Shown one piece after another: positions 40,092 through 49,360 of a DNA stretch of 64,000 nt; positions within the stretch are counted from its first letter, which is position 1; every line of letters starts with the position of its first letter. Below the pieces are notes generated by a model. It ran no database searches. It saw only the letters and a program-made list of their open reading frames with translations, and was not told where the DNA came from. The stretch lies in assembly GCA_016186645.1 (NCBI GenBank), contig JACPLF010000006.1:46312-110311 (forward strand). Direction: 5' to 3'. The position numbers and the translations under genes are program-made. The stretch comes from Candidatus Levyibacteriota bacterium (GTDB taxonomy: Bacteria; Patescibacteriota; Microgenomatia; Levybacterales; UBA12049).

Positions 40092-40754
40092 ATGTATAAT
40101 ATTGTGATGAACAAGACTGAGGCTAAAAAGATTTTGTCTTTATATAAAAACCTATCTTTTTTCGATAGGTTTCACATCTACATAAGATTGCGCCGATTGC
40201 CATTTGAGACTATTGAAAAGTATATTCCAAAAAATGGAAAAATTTTGGATTTTGGATGCGGACATGGTTTTTTCTCTTTATACATGTCACAAAAATCTCC
40301 TGCAAGAAACATTATCGGGGTTGATATATCTAAGGAAAAAATCAATGTAGCTAAGGCTTCAAAACACAGCAATAAAGTTTCTTTTAGTTATGACCTAAGA
40401 AGCATGTCGTTTCTAGAAAAACAACTTGATTATGATTGCATAGTGATTATAAACGTGCTATATCTTCTCAGAAGAAAAGAGCAAGAAAAAGTCTTGGAAA
40501 AGGCAAGTAAAGCCTTGGTTAAAAACGGAAAACTTTTGATAGTCGAACCTGATGCTAATTTAAAATTCAGAACTTTTTATGAGATAATACGGGAGTCTAT
40601 AATGCTGAAATTACTAAGAAGAACGCAGGGGAAGGGTTTAACTTTCAATACGAAAGAATGGTGGATAGAAAATCTAAAAAAATACCTAAAGAAGGTAGAG
40701 GTTAGAGAGTTTCCTAACAAAAAGCATCACTTGTTATATATCTGCACAAAATAA
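40092..40754 (+). CDS. Class I SAM-dependent methyltransferase
   Basis: ILDFGCGHGFF motif I. Confidence 0.75.
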   Translation: MYNIVMNKTEAKKILSLYKNLSFFDRFHIYIRLRRLPFETIEKYIPKNGKILDFGCGHGFFSLYMSQKSPARNIIGVDISKEKINVAKASKHSNKVSFSYDLRSMSFLEKQLDYDCIVIINVLYLLRRKEQEKVLEKASKALVKNGKLLIVEPDANLKFRTFYEIIRESIMLKLLRRTQGKGLTFNTKEWWIENLKKYLKKVEVREFPNKKHHLLYICTK

Positions 40755-40758
40755 ACCT

Positions 40759-41508
40759 ATGAATGACAAAAAATTAAATGTGGGGATTGTTGGTGTTGGA
40801 GAAGTTGGGTCATCAGTATTGGCTTTGGTTTCCAGAGTACACAATGTTTTTATGAGAGATATAGACAAAGATACAATCAAAAATCAAAAATTGGATGTTC
40901 TTCATGTTTGTATTCCATATGGCAAAGATTTTGAAAAAATAGTTATAGAAAATGTTAAACGGAATAATCCAGATTTGACAATAATTGAATCAACTATTTT
41001 GGTAAAAACAACAGAAAACATTTACAAATTGATAAAAAAACCCATTGTTCATTCTCCTGTAAGAGGTTTTCATACAACCATGGTTGGTGATCTTAAAAGA
41101 TTTGTTAAATTTGTTGGGTCTGTCGATAGGAAGTTTGCGCAGGATGCAAAAAAATATTACAAAACTTTGGGAGTTAATGCGCAGGTTGTAACTTCATCCC
41201 GCGAGACAGAAATGGGAAAACTTTTGGACACAACTTATTACGCTTTATGTATTGCATGGCATCAAGAGATGGATAGATTTTGCAAGAAATATAATATTAA
41301 CTTTGATGAAGCGGTAACTGCTTTTAACAAAACTTATAACGATGGATATAGAAATTCAAAGCCCAATGTAATTAGACCTGTTTTAACTCCAGGATTTATT
41401 GGAGGACATTGTCTTATGCCAAACATTGAGATTTTGAAGAAATCTTTCAAGTCAGATTTTCTCAGGGTTGTAGAAGAATCTAATGACAAAAAGAAAAAAA
41501 ATATCTAA
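40759..41508 (+). CDS. NAD(P)-binding Rossmann protein, short nucleotide-sugar dehydrogenase-like
   Basis: VGIVGVGEVGSS dinucleotide motif; PGFIGGHCLMPN resembles the UDP-glucose dehydrogenase catalytic PGxGFGGSCxPKD loop but with His for Ser; only 249 aa. Confidence 0.35.
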   Translation: MNDKKLNVGIVGVGEVGSSVLALVSRVHNVFMRDIDKDTIKNQKLDVLHVCIPYGKDFEKIVIENVKRNNPDLTIIESTILVKTTENIYKLIKKPIVHSPVRGFHTTMVGDLKRFVKFVGSVDRKFAQDAKKYYKTLGVNAQVVTSSRETEMGKLLDTTYYALCIAWHQEMDRFCKKYNINFDEAVTAFNKTYNDGYRNSKPNVIRPVLTPGFIGGHCLMPNIEILKKSFKSDFLRVVEESNDKKKKNI

Positions 41509-42113
41509 TGGACATTCTTTCTATAATTCAACATCTGCCTTTGGATATAGGACAAGCTGATAGAAAGCATAAAACAGCAGGAAAAAAAATTGCTCTATCT
41601 TTTATTCGGGAAGGAAAAGGAAAACTTGCTCTTGATATTGGATGTAGAGATGGTTATTGGTCAGAAGTTCTAAAGAAAAAAGGATACATAGTTAAATCTT
41701 TAGATATAGAGCCGCATTATAAAGGGGCATTAAAACACGATGTTGAAAAAGGACTGCCATTTGAGAATAAGACGTTTGATTTGATTTGGTGCACGGAAGT
41801 TTTGGAGCATCTCAAGAATCCTGAATTTTTAATTAAAGAAATAGGTAGAGTGATGAAAAAAAATGGAGTGGCAATTTTGACTACTCCAAATTCCAATTGG
41901 TGGGCATATTGGTTAGTAAAGCTTTGGGGTTGGACGCCAAAAAAACTTCAGAATAAAGATCACAAGCAATTTTTCGATGAAAATACTTTAAGAAATATTA
42001 CATCAGGATATGACATCTTTGGATATTTTCCCTATGCCCTTATCTTTTTAAAAATAAAATTTTTCCTAGGAATTCTATCTCCAACATTTATTTTGAGAAA
42101 GAATTTTAAATAA
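41508..42113 (+). CDS. Class I SAM-dependent methyltransferase
   Basis: LALDIGCRDGYW motif I; IWCTEVLEHL; KKNGVAILTTPN. Confidence 0.75.
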   Translation: MDILSIIQHLPLDIGQADRKHKTAGKKIALSFIREGKGKLALDIGCRDGYWSEVLKKKGYIVKSLDIEPHYKGALKHDVEKGLPFENKTFDLIWCTEVLEHLKNPEFLIKEIGRVMKKNGVAILTTPNSNWWAYWLVKLWGWTPKKLQNKDHKQFFDENTLRNITSGYDIFGYFPYALIFLKIKFFLGILSPTFILRKNFK

Positions 42114-44191
42114 TGTTCAATTTTTTATCAAATAAAAAAATCTTGGCTTTAATAGTGGGATGCATATATTTCATTTTATTGTTGGTTAGTATGCCTGACT
42201 ACAATATTTTTTGGGATGCCAGAAATCATTATTTTAAGGGCCAGGCATTTGTAAGTTTTTTTCTTTCTGGGAGAAAAGATTATGAAGGATTACCAATCAC
42301 CAAGGACTATGCTCGTTATCATCGGGATTATGTGAGCAAATATTCCCCTGATCCAAATATTGCAAGTAGGATTTCTAAAGACCCAAATTACAGAAGAAGT
42401 ATATATCAGGATGATGTTCACACTTTCGATTGGTTAATGAAATCCAATCAAATAGAGCACCCTGTTTTTAGTGATATAGCCTCAACTTTTTCCAATGTTT
42501 TATTTTATGAAAAACTTGGGTGGCTTAGGGACGACTATTCTTATCGTATTTATACTTTATCTTTGGCTTCGATTCTGGTTACTGTTATTTTTTATTGGCT
42601 TTTTAGTCTTTACGGTTTTATCGCTGCAATAATTGGTACACTTACTTTAGCAACAACTCCTCTTTTTTGGGCAGAAAGCCATTTTAATTTAAAGGATATT
42701 CCTCAAATGACTTTTTTTGCTTTAGCTATTTGGCAGTTTTATAACGGAATTGTTTCTAAATCAAAAAAGAAAATAATTTTTTCGGCAATTTTTGCAGCTT
42801 GTGCATTTTCAACAAAATTAAACATTGTTTTTCTGCCATTTATTTTAGCTCCATGGTTTATTATTTTTTATCTCAAAGAGAAAGAAGAAGAAAGGAGCAA
42901 ATATCATAGTTGGTGGTGGTTATTGTTGGCATATCCTGCAATTATGTTCGGAATTTTTATTGCAGTTTGGCCTCAGATGTGGCAAACACCAGTCAAGAGC
43001 TTTCTGGATGTTATAGAAATTTATAGACAGATAGGAGTTGCGCCTGATTACACTCCTACATTTAGAACAATATTTGGATTTAGTACTTACGCAGCTATTT
43101 GGATATTTCTTACAACTTATCCGTGGGTTGGGATTTTATCCATTTTTGGTATAGCAGCAGCAATACTTAATTTCAAAAAAGTGAAAAATTATCTTCCATT
43201 TTTATTGTTATTATGGCTTTTTGTTCCAATAGCAAGAGCTTCTCTTCCTTTCACTTCAATCTTTGGTGGAGTAAGGCATATCATGGAATACATTCCGGCG
43301 TTAGCTATGCTGGTTGGATATGGCACCTACAATCTCCTCAAGTTTTTTCCGAGCAGATTAAAAGGAATTATTGGATTAATTCTGATTTTGGGTTTTATAC
43401 CTCTTATTTTGACTTTGGTTAAGCTGCATCCTGCAGAAAATGTTTATTTCAATTCTTTGATTGGGGGTTTAAGCGGAGCTAAAAAAGCAAATATTACTGG
43501 TTGGGGATACAATGACGGAGGAATTTACAGAAAAGCAACAGTTTGGCTTAATGAACATGCAGAAAAAGGATCTCATGTGGCTGTCACTTTTAGCGAACCT
43601 GCGGATTTTTATATTCCAGAGTTAAGAGACGATTTATTAGCAGATAATTCTTTTAGCGGATATTTGCAAAAAGGAGAGTATATCATTGGGTTAACTCATG
43701 ATACAGGCTTGGATCATGTTTACAGAGTTAAATATTCTGAGGACTTCTTAGAGCCTCTATATTTATTTTCTATTGATAATGTGCCACTGTTAAAAATATG
43801 GAAAAATGAAAAGAAATATCTTAAAAAAGATTTTTCAAAGCTTGATTTTAAAAACCTAAGCATAATGCCGGAAAAATTAGAGGACATATTACAGTGGAAA
43901 TTAGATAGTGAAAAAATAATTATGGGAATTGAGGTTTCATTTGACGAAAACGGATCTTGTAAAAAATTAACAAACGCATATTTTCAAGTGTCTGAAGATG
44001 GAGAAAATTGGGAGATTCTGCCAGATATTTATCCTGGCGGAACTTTGAGCTTTCTAGGAGACCAGCCAAAAGATGGAAAATTAGTTGCGCCAATTGTAGG
44101 AGTGAAAATCCAGTATGTTTCTTTAGTTATTGACCCTCAAGATTCATGTATATTTAATCTGAAAAATAGCGAAATTGTTGTGCTGGAATAA
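42113..44191 (+). CDS. GT-C-type integral membrane glycosyltransferase-like protein (family A paralog) with discoidin-like C-terminal domain
   Basis: Shares SIFGGVRHIMEYIPA and the HFNLKD block with the 4139 protein; 692 aa. Confidence 0.7.
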   Translation: MFNFLSNKKILALIVGCIYFILLLVSMPDYNIFWDARNHYFKGQAFVSFFLSGRKDYEGLPITKDYARYHRDYVSKYSPDPNIASRISKDPNYRRSIYQDDVHTFDWLMKSNQIEHPVFSDIASTFSNVLFYEKLGWLRDDYSYRIYTLSLASILVTVIFYWLFSLYGFIAAIIGTLTLATTPLFWAESHFNLKDIPQMTFFALAIWQFYNGIVSKSKKKIIFSAIFAACAFSTKLNIVFLPFILAPWFIIFYLKEKEEERSKYHSWWWLLLAYPAIMFGIFIAVWPQMWQTPVKSFLDVIEIYRQIGVAPDYTPTFRTIFGFSTYAAIWIFLTTYPWVGILSIFGIAAAILNFKKVKNYLPFLLLLWLFVPIARASLPFTSIFGGVRHIMEYIPALAMLVGYGTYNLLKFFPSRLKGIIGLILILGFIPLILTLVKLHPAENVYFNSLIGGLSGAKKANITGWGYNDGGIYRKATVWLNEHAEKGSHVAVTFSEPADFYIPELRDDLLADNSFSGYLQKGEYIIGLTHDTGLDHVYRVKYSEDFLEPLYLFSIDNVPLLKIWKNEKKYLKKDFSKLDFKNLSIMPEKLEDILQWKLDSEKIIMGIEVSFDENGSCKKLTNAYFQVSEDGENWEILPDIYPGGTLSFLGDQPKDGKLVAPIVGVKIQYVSLVIDPQDSCIFNLKNSEIVVLE

Positions 44192-44215
44192 TATTTTGTT
44201 GTATACTTGTTAACT

Positions 44216-45427
44216 ATGGATGGTAAATTGCGGGTTACATATGCCAAGGCGGTATATGATGATAAGGAAATAGAAAGAGTTGTCAGCGTTTTGAAAGAGC
44301 ATAGGGAAGCAGTTGGTCGTGAGACTGATGAATTTGAGAAAAGAGTATCAAGGGCTTTTGGGAAAAAATATGGAATAATGGTTAACTCCGGTTCATCCGC
44401 AAATCTTTTAGCATTTGAGCTTATTAATTTAAAACCAGGATCCGAAGTTATCACTCCTCTTCTTACTTTTTCAACAACTGTAAGTCCAATAATACAGAAA
44501 GGGTTGGTTCCTGTATTTGCAGATGTTGAGGAGGGAAAATATATAATTGATGTATCTCAAATTGAAAAATTAATTACAAAAAAGACAAAAGCGATTATGA
44601 TACCTCTTTTGATAGGAAATATTCCAAATATGAAAAAAATTTCGGCAATTGCAAAAAAACATAAACTCTTTCTTATTGAAGATTCTTGTGATACGTTTCA
44701 AGGATTTTTTGATGGCAAACCAACAGGAACTTATTCGGACATTACTACTACAAGTTTCTATGGGTCTCATATCATTACTGCTGCGGCAGGGGGAGGGATG
44801 ATAATGGTAAATAGTGAAGGATATCGTGATAGGGCAAAGGTATTAAGGGGTTGGGGAAGACAGTCTTCTCTTTTTAATGAATCGGAAAGCATTGATAAAA
44901 GATTTAACTCCAAAACCAAAATAGAAGGAGCGCTATATGATGCAAAATTTATTTTTTCAGAAATAGGCTACAATTTTTTGCCTCTTGAAATAAGCGCTGC
45001 GTTTGGAAATGCGCAACTAGATAAACTTCCCGTTTTTAGAAAAAAGAGAGAGGAAAACTTCAGACATTTGCTTAATTTTTTCAAAAAGTATGAAAAGTTT
45101 TTCATCCTTCCAAAACAAGATGCTATGGTTGGTACTCAATGGCTTGCATTCCCATTAACAATAAAAAAGAATGCTCCCTTTACCCGTTTCGAAATTGTAA
45201 AGTTTCTTGAGGAGAATAACATTCAGACCCGTCCTATTTTAGCAGGTAATGTGCTTAAGCAACCCGGCTTTACAGAGATAAAGAACAGAATAATAAAAGG
45301 CGGATGCCCAGTAACGGAACTAATTATGAAAAATGGATTTGTGGTTGGTTGTCATCAGGGACTTGAAGATGTTCACCTTGAGCGGATTAAAGAATCAATA
45401 GCAGCTTTTATCAAAAGTCTTTCTTAA
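44216..45427 (+). CDS. DegT-family enzyme with His replacing the PLP lysine: putative nucleotide-sugar 3-dehydratase (ColD/E1-like), second copy
   Basis: SFYGSHIITAAAGGG. ATG at 44216 preferred over the upstream TTG at 44207 used by the track. Confidence 0.65.
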   Translation: MDGKLRVTYAKAVYDDKEIERVVSVLKEHREAVGRETDEFEKRVSRAFGKKYGIMVNSGSSANLLAFELINLKPGSEVITPLLTFSTTVSPIIQKGLVPVFADVEEGKYIIDVSQIEKLITKKTKAIMIPLLIGNIPNMKKISAIAKKHKLFLIEDSCDTFQGFFDGKPTGTYSDITTTSFYGSHIITAAAGGGMIMVNSEGYRDRAKVLRGWGRQSSLFNESESIDKRFNSKTKIEGALYDAKFIFSEIGYNFLPLEISAAFGNAQLDKLPVFRKKREENFRHLLNFFKKYEKFFILPKQDAMVGTQWLAFPLTIKKNAPFTRFEIVKFLEENNIQTRPILAGNVLKQPGFTEIKNRIIKGGCPVTELIMKNGFVVGCHQGLEDVHLERIKESIAAFIKSLS

Positions 45428-46356
45428 TCTTTATTTTTAAAAATACTTTTTACAATAAATTTAGGTCTTTGTTTTACCTCTTCAAATATTTTGCCAATGT
45501 ATTCTCCAAGAACACTTATTCCCAATAATTGGATTGCTCCGATAAATAACACTGCAATTAATACTGTTGTAGTTCCTTGAGGAGTGTTTGGCAAGACAAG
45601 CCTTAATATTATCTGTACTACTATCGCAACAAGGGCAATAAAGAAAACAATGAACGAGAGCATTGTCATAATTTGCAAAGGAACGTAGGAGAAAGAAAGT
45701 ATTCCCTTTGTTGCCCAATTAATATTTTTAAGAAGGCTATTGGTTGACCTGCCAAACATTCTTTCAGGCCTTGTGTAGGGTATTCCTGTTTGTCTAAATC
45801 CAACCCATGCCCTTAGTCCTCTTAGGAATCTGTCTCTTTCGGGAAAAGTTTTCAGGATTTGTACAACCTTGTTGTCTATTAAAGAGAAATCTCCGGCATC
45901 AAGAGGCATTTTTATGTAAGACAATTTGTGGAAGATTCTGTAGAAAAGCTTATAGGCAATGGCCATGTAAAGAGGCGCTTCTCTTTTTGTTCTTATTCCA
46001 TAAACAACATCATATCCCTGAATCCATTTCTCATAAAGTTTTTCTATTAATTCCGGAGGATCCTGTAAATCCCCATCCAGCAGCACTACTGCATCAGAGT
46101 TAGCAATTTCCATGCCGCTTGTGAATGCCATTTGTGAGCTGAAATTTCTCGAATGGTTTATCGCAATTACGTGTTTATCTTTTTTTACAAGATTTTCCAG
46201 GATTTGTTCTGTCTTGTCAGGACTCCCGTCATTTACAAAAATTATTTCATAATCAGTACCAATTTTTTCAAAAGTCTTTTTAAGCCTTTCATACATTATG
46301 GGAATTGCCTGTTCATCTTTGTAGCATGCGATAACTGCAGATAATTTTTTATTCAT
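45424..46356 (-). CDS. Polyprenyl-phosphate glycosyltransferase (GT2, GtrB-like) with C-terminal TM hairpin
   Basis: SAVIACYKDE...IIFVNDGSPD...DGDLQDPPE; C-terminal hydrophobic helices. Confidence 0.8.
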   Translation of the reverse strand: MNKKLSAVIACYKDEQAIPIMYERLKKTFEKIGTDYEIIFVNDGSPDKTEQILENLVKKDKHVIAINHSRNFSSQMAFTSGMEIANSDAVVLLDGDLQDPPELIEKLYEKWIQGYDVVYGIRTKREAPLYMAIAYKLFYRIFHKLSYIKMPLDAGDFSLIDNKVVQILKTFPERDRFLRGLRAWVGFRQTGIPYTRPERMFGRSTNSLLKNINWATKGILSFSYVPLQIMTMLSFIVFFIALVAIVVQIILRLVLPNTPQGTTTVLIAVLFIGAIQLLGISVLGEYIGKIFEEVKQRPKFIVKSIFKNKD

Positions 46357-46380
46357 ATTTTAATTTCTAGTTTCCATTTT

Positions 46381-46875
46381 CTATCTTCTAAGGTTTACAT
46401 ACCAAGGTTTGTCACTTTTTATCATATCATTAACAAGTCCTGGAATTTCTTCCAGAGTTTCAGGCCATCTTGAATCTATATTTTTAAATATTTTCATAAC
46501 TTCCCTATCTTCTTCTGCCCAATGGCAAAATCCATGGTCTGAATAATCTTTATCTCGTCCACCCCCAATTAACTTAACAGGAATACTTTCGTGATCTAAG
46601 TAATTCCTAATCGTTTCAAACGGACGGTATAAGAGGAAGGTTGTGATAGAGTAGATTATTGGTATTTTTCCTTGTAGAGCCAATCCAACTCCTATTCCTA
46701 CCATTGCTTGTTCTGCCGCCCCAACGTTTAATACTCTGTCAGGGTAAGAAGATCTCAGATCATCTAACATCTTATATCCTAGATCACCGGTAAGTATATA
46801 TATTTTCTTATTCGACTTCATTCGCTGAAAAAGTTCGTAAACGAACCATCCGCGCATTGAATTATGTCTTTTCAT
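46381..46875 (-). CDS. Transketolase-like pyrimidine-binding domain protein, C-terminal half of a split mini-transketolase
   Basis: GDLGYKML...FPDRVLNVGAAEQAMVGIGVGLALQGKIP resembles the transketolase Pyr domain; 164 aa; no transketolase C-terminal domain. Confidence 0.65.
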   Translation of the reverse strand: MKRHNSMRGWFVYELFQRMKSNKKIYILTGDLGYKMLDDLRSSYPDRVLNVGAAEQAMVGIGVGLALQGKIPIIYSITTFLLYRPFETIRNYLDHESIPVKLIGGGRDKDYSDHGFCHWAEEDREVMKIFKNIDSRWPETLEEIPGLVNDMIKSDKPWYVNLRR

Positions 46876-47501
46876 CTTAGTATCTCTAATGCTTTCTTAT
46901 ACTCATCATCAGTCATTGCATGATAATGAGCATCCAATCCTTTAAGAAAGGGTAATTGCTCAACTGTTGTTAATCTTATATTAATTTCAGGACAGAATGC
47001 CTTCAGCCTTTTGGTTAATTGAATGGGATTGATAGCGTCATACGCTCCATAGCCATTTAGATTTATATACACTTTTAGATTATCTACTTTTAGATCAGTT
47101 TTTATTCTTAATGTTTCCCATACGCTTCCTTCCGCACATTCACCATCACTTATCATGCAATAAACATTTTTCGATCTGTCGGCGATTGCCATTCCCAAAG
47201 CAACAGGCAATCCTTGCCCAAGACTTCCAGTTGTACACCAAATACCATTTTTTTCGTCCTTACTCGGATGAATCCCATATCTCCTAAGCAGGTATTCAGG
47301 GTCTCTTCTTTCATGTTTTTCTAGAATGCAATAAAAAGCAAGTCCTGCGTGTCCTTCTGATAATATAAATTTTTCGTCTTCTCTTTTTAAATCGTATATC
47401 TCCTCGATAATATCTACAGCTGATAAACAGCTTCCAAGATGATATTTTTTGTATTTATAGCTAATCTCAATTATTCGTCTTTTTAAATCTTTATTTTTCA
47501 T
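46872..47501 (-). CDS. Transketolase-like thiamine-diphosphate-binding N-terminal subunit (split mini-transketolase)
   Basis: SEGHAGLAFYCIL, GSLGQGLPVALGMA and ISDGECAEGSVWE motifs; 209 aa. Confidence 0.7.
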   Translation of the reverse strand: MKNKDLKRRIIEISYKYKKYHLGSCLSAVDIIEEIYDLKREDEKFILSEGHAGLAFYCILEKHERRDPEYLLRRYGIHPSKDEKNGIWCTTGSLGQGLPVALGMAIADRSKNVYCMISDGECAEGSVWETLRIKTDLKVDNLKVYINLNGYGAYDAINPIQLTKRLKAFCPEINIRLTTVEQLPFLKGLDAHYHAMTDDEYKKALEILR

Positions 47502-47503
47502 TT

Positions 47504-48451
47504 TTAAAGATACTTTTTAAACCATTGATAGGTTTCTTTAAGTCCCTCTTCCAAGCTATATTTCGGTTCCCAATCGAGATATTTTTTGGTTTTTGATATA
47601 TCTGCTACCCAATGAGAAGTATCCCACAAACGTTTCGGAAATACACCTTTTTCGATTTTTACTTTTTTCCCTGTTACTTTGAAAAGTTTTTCCACCACCT
47701 CATCATTTGTAAATTCAAGACCGGTTCCCATATTTAGAATTTGTCCTGAAAGCTCTTTTCCTTTAGATATAGTTTTAATATAAATATCTACGACATCTTT
47801 TATATAAACAAAATCTCTTCTCTGCGTTCCTGATGTAAGTTTAATAGGGTGCCTTTGTATAGCTGCCTTAATGATTATAGGGATAAAACGTTTCTCTTCT
47901 TCGTGCGGTCCGAAAACAGAAAAAGGTCTTAGCGTAACAATTGGTTTTTGATGCTCTTTAGAAAATACTTGGCAGAGAAGTGTTGCTGATGCTTTTGTAG
48001 CGGCATAAAAGCTAATAGGTTCCAAAATATCATCTTCTTTCATTGGGTTTTCTTTGATTCCATATTCGGAAGAAGATCCGGTGTTTATAAAGATTTTATA
48101 ATTTATATCCTTTGAAGATATAAGTAAATTCATGGTACCCTTTATATTTACTTCAATCATTTCAAGCGCAGCTGTATGATCTCTATACGCGCTATATGTT
48201 GCCAAATGAATAATTATAGAAGGATTAATTTTCTCAACTATAGTTTTTAATTCATCCTTGTCCAAAAGATCAACTTCGTGAAGACGGATTTTTGGAAGAA
48301 CATTTTTTAGGCGTTTGAGGTCCGTTGAATTTCGTATAAGTAAATTAATATTTTTATAACCCAAATCCAATAGTTTGTTAACTAAATTAGCGCCAATAAA
48401 TCCAGCACCTCCTGTTATTAAAACAGGATCGCGTGTTATAATGGGAGACAT
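47504..48451 (-). CDS. NAD-dependent sugar epimerase/dehydratase (SDR)
   Basis: VLITGGAGFIGANL and YAATK. Start chosen at the internal Met (MSPIITRD); the track start at 48481 adds 10 residues and overlaps the divergent gene. Confidence 0.75.
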   Translation of the reverse strand: MSPIITRDPVLITGGAGFIGANLVNKLLDLGYKNINLLIRNSTDLKRLKNVLPKIRLHEVDLLDKDELKTIVEKINPSIIIHLATYSAYRDHTAALEMIEVNIKGTMNLLISSKDINYKIFINTGSSSEYGIKENPMKEDDILEPISFYAATKASATLLCQVFSKEHQKPIVTLRPFSVFGPHEEEKRFIPIIIKAAIQRHPIKLTSGTQRRDFVYIKDVVDIYIKTISKGKELSGQILNMGTGLEFTNDEVVEKLFKVTGKKVKIEKGVFPKRLWDTSHWVADISKTKKYLDWEPKYSLEEGLKETYQWFKKYL

Positions 48452-49349
48452 GATTGATATTATATGTGCTTTGTGTGGCAAAAAGCAACAAGTTAAGACT
48501 CTTTATCCTGCCACTTTTAAGGAAAATGCTATCCCTAAAAACATCTATTCCGCCAGACGTTTTCCGGATAAGGTACATTATAAAATTAATAAATGCTCAA
48601 ACTGTAGTTTAGTTTTTTCTTCGCCTATTTTGCCCTTGGAGAAATTATTTCCCCTTTATAGGGAAAGCTTGTGTAATTATCAAGATCAAATACCATATCT
48701 AATTAAAACTTATTTCAAAATTGTCAATGAAATTAAGAAAGATCTCCCCAAAAATCCAAAAGTTTTGGAGGTTGGTTGTGGTAACGGTTTCTTTCTGAAG
48801 GCTTTAAAAGATTTAAATTTCACGCAGAATGTTTTTGGAGTGGAGCCCAGCTACAAAATGGTTTCTAAAGCAGACTCGTCTATAAGGAACAGAATTAAAA
48901 TAGATGTTTTCAATTCCAATCTATTTCCTAAGAATAGTTTTGATCTTGCTTTGTGTTTCCATACCTTGGATCACATGATTGACCCGAACGATTTTATTAA
49001 AGGAGCAAATTCAATGCTGAAGAAAAACGGATATGTAATTGTAGTTGTCCACGACACGCAGGGACTGTCAGTGAAATTATTTGGAGAAAGCTCAGCAATT
49101 TTTGACGTAGAACACATATATTTATTTAACAAAAAAACTTTACGAGAAATATTTATAAAAAATCAATTTAAAGCGATAAAAGTTTTTAACGTGGTCAACA
49201 AATACCCTTTGAATTATTGGGTTAAAATGAGTGGCTTTCCTCTTGTTATTAGAAAAATTGTCAATTATACTATTAGACTAATTGGCTTGAGCAAAATACC
49301 GGTACCAATTCCTGCTGGAAATATTGGTATTATTGCAAGAAAAACCTGA
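48450..49349 (+). CDS. Class I SAM-dependent methyltransferase with N-terminal Cys4 zinc-ribbon
   Basis: CALCG...CSNC pair followed by VLEVGCGNGFF motif I. Start ambiguous (48441 or 48450). Confidence 0.7.
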   Translation: MIDIICALCGKKQQVKTLYPATFKENAIPKNIYSARRFPDKVHYKINKCSNCSLVFSSPILPLEKLFPLYRESLCNYQDQIPYLIKTYFKIVNEIKKDLPKNPKVLEVGCGNGFFLKALKDLNFTQNVFGVEPSYKMVSKADSSIRNRIKIDVFNSNLFPKNSFDLALCFHTLDHMIDPNDFIKGANSMLKKNGYVIVVVHDTQGLSVKLFGESSAIFDVEHIYLFNKKTLREIFIKNQFKAIKVFNVVNKYPLNYWVKMSGFPLVIRKIVNYTIRLIGLSKIPVPIPAGNIGIIARKT

Positions 49350-49360
49350 ATTCATCTTTT

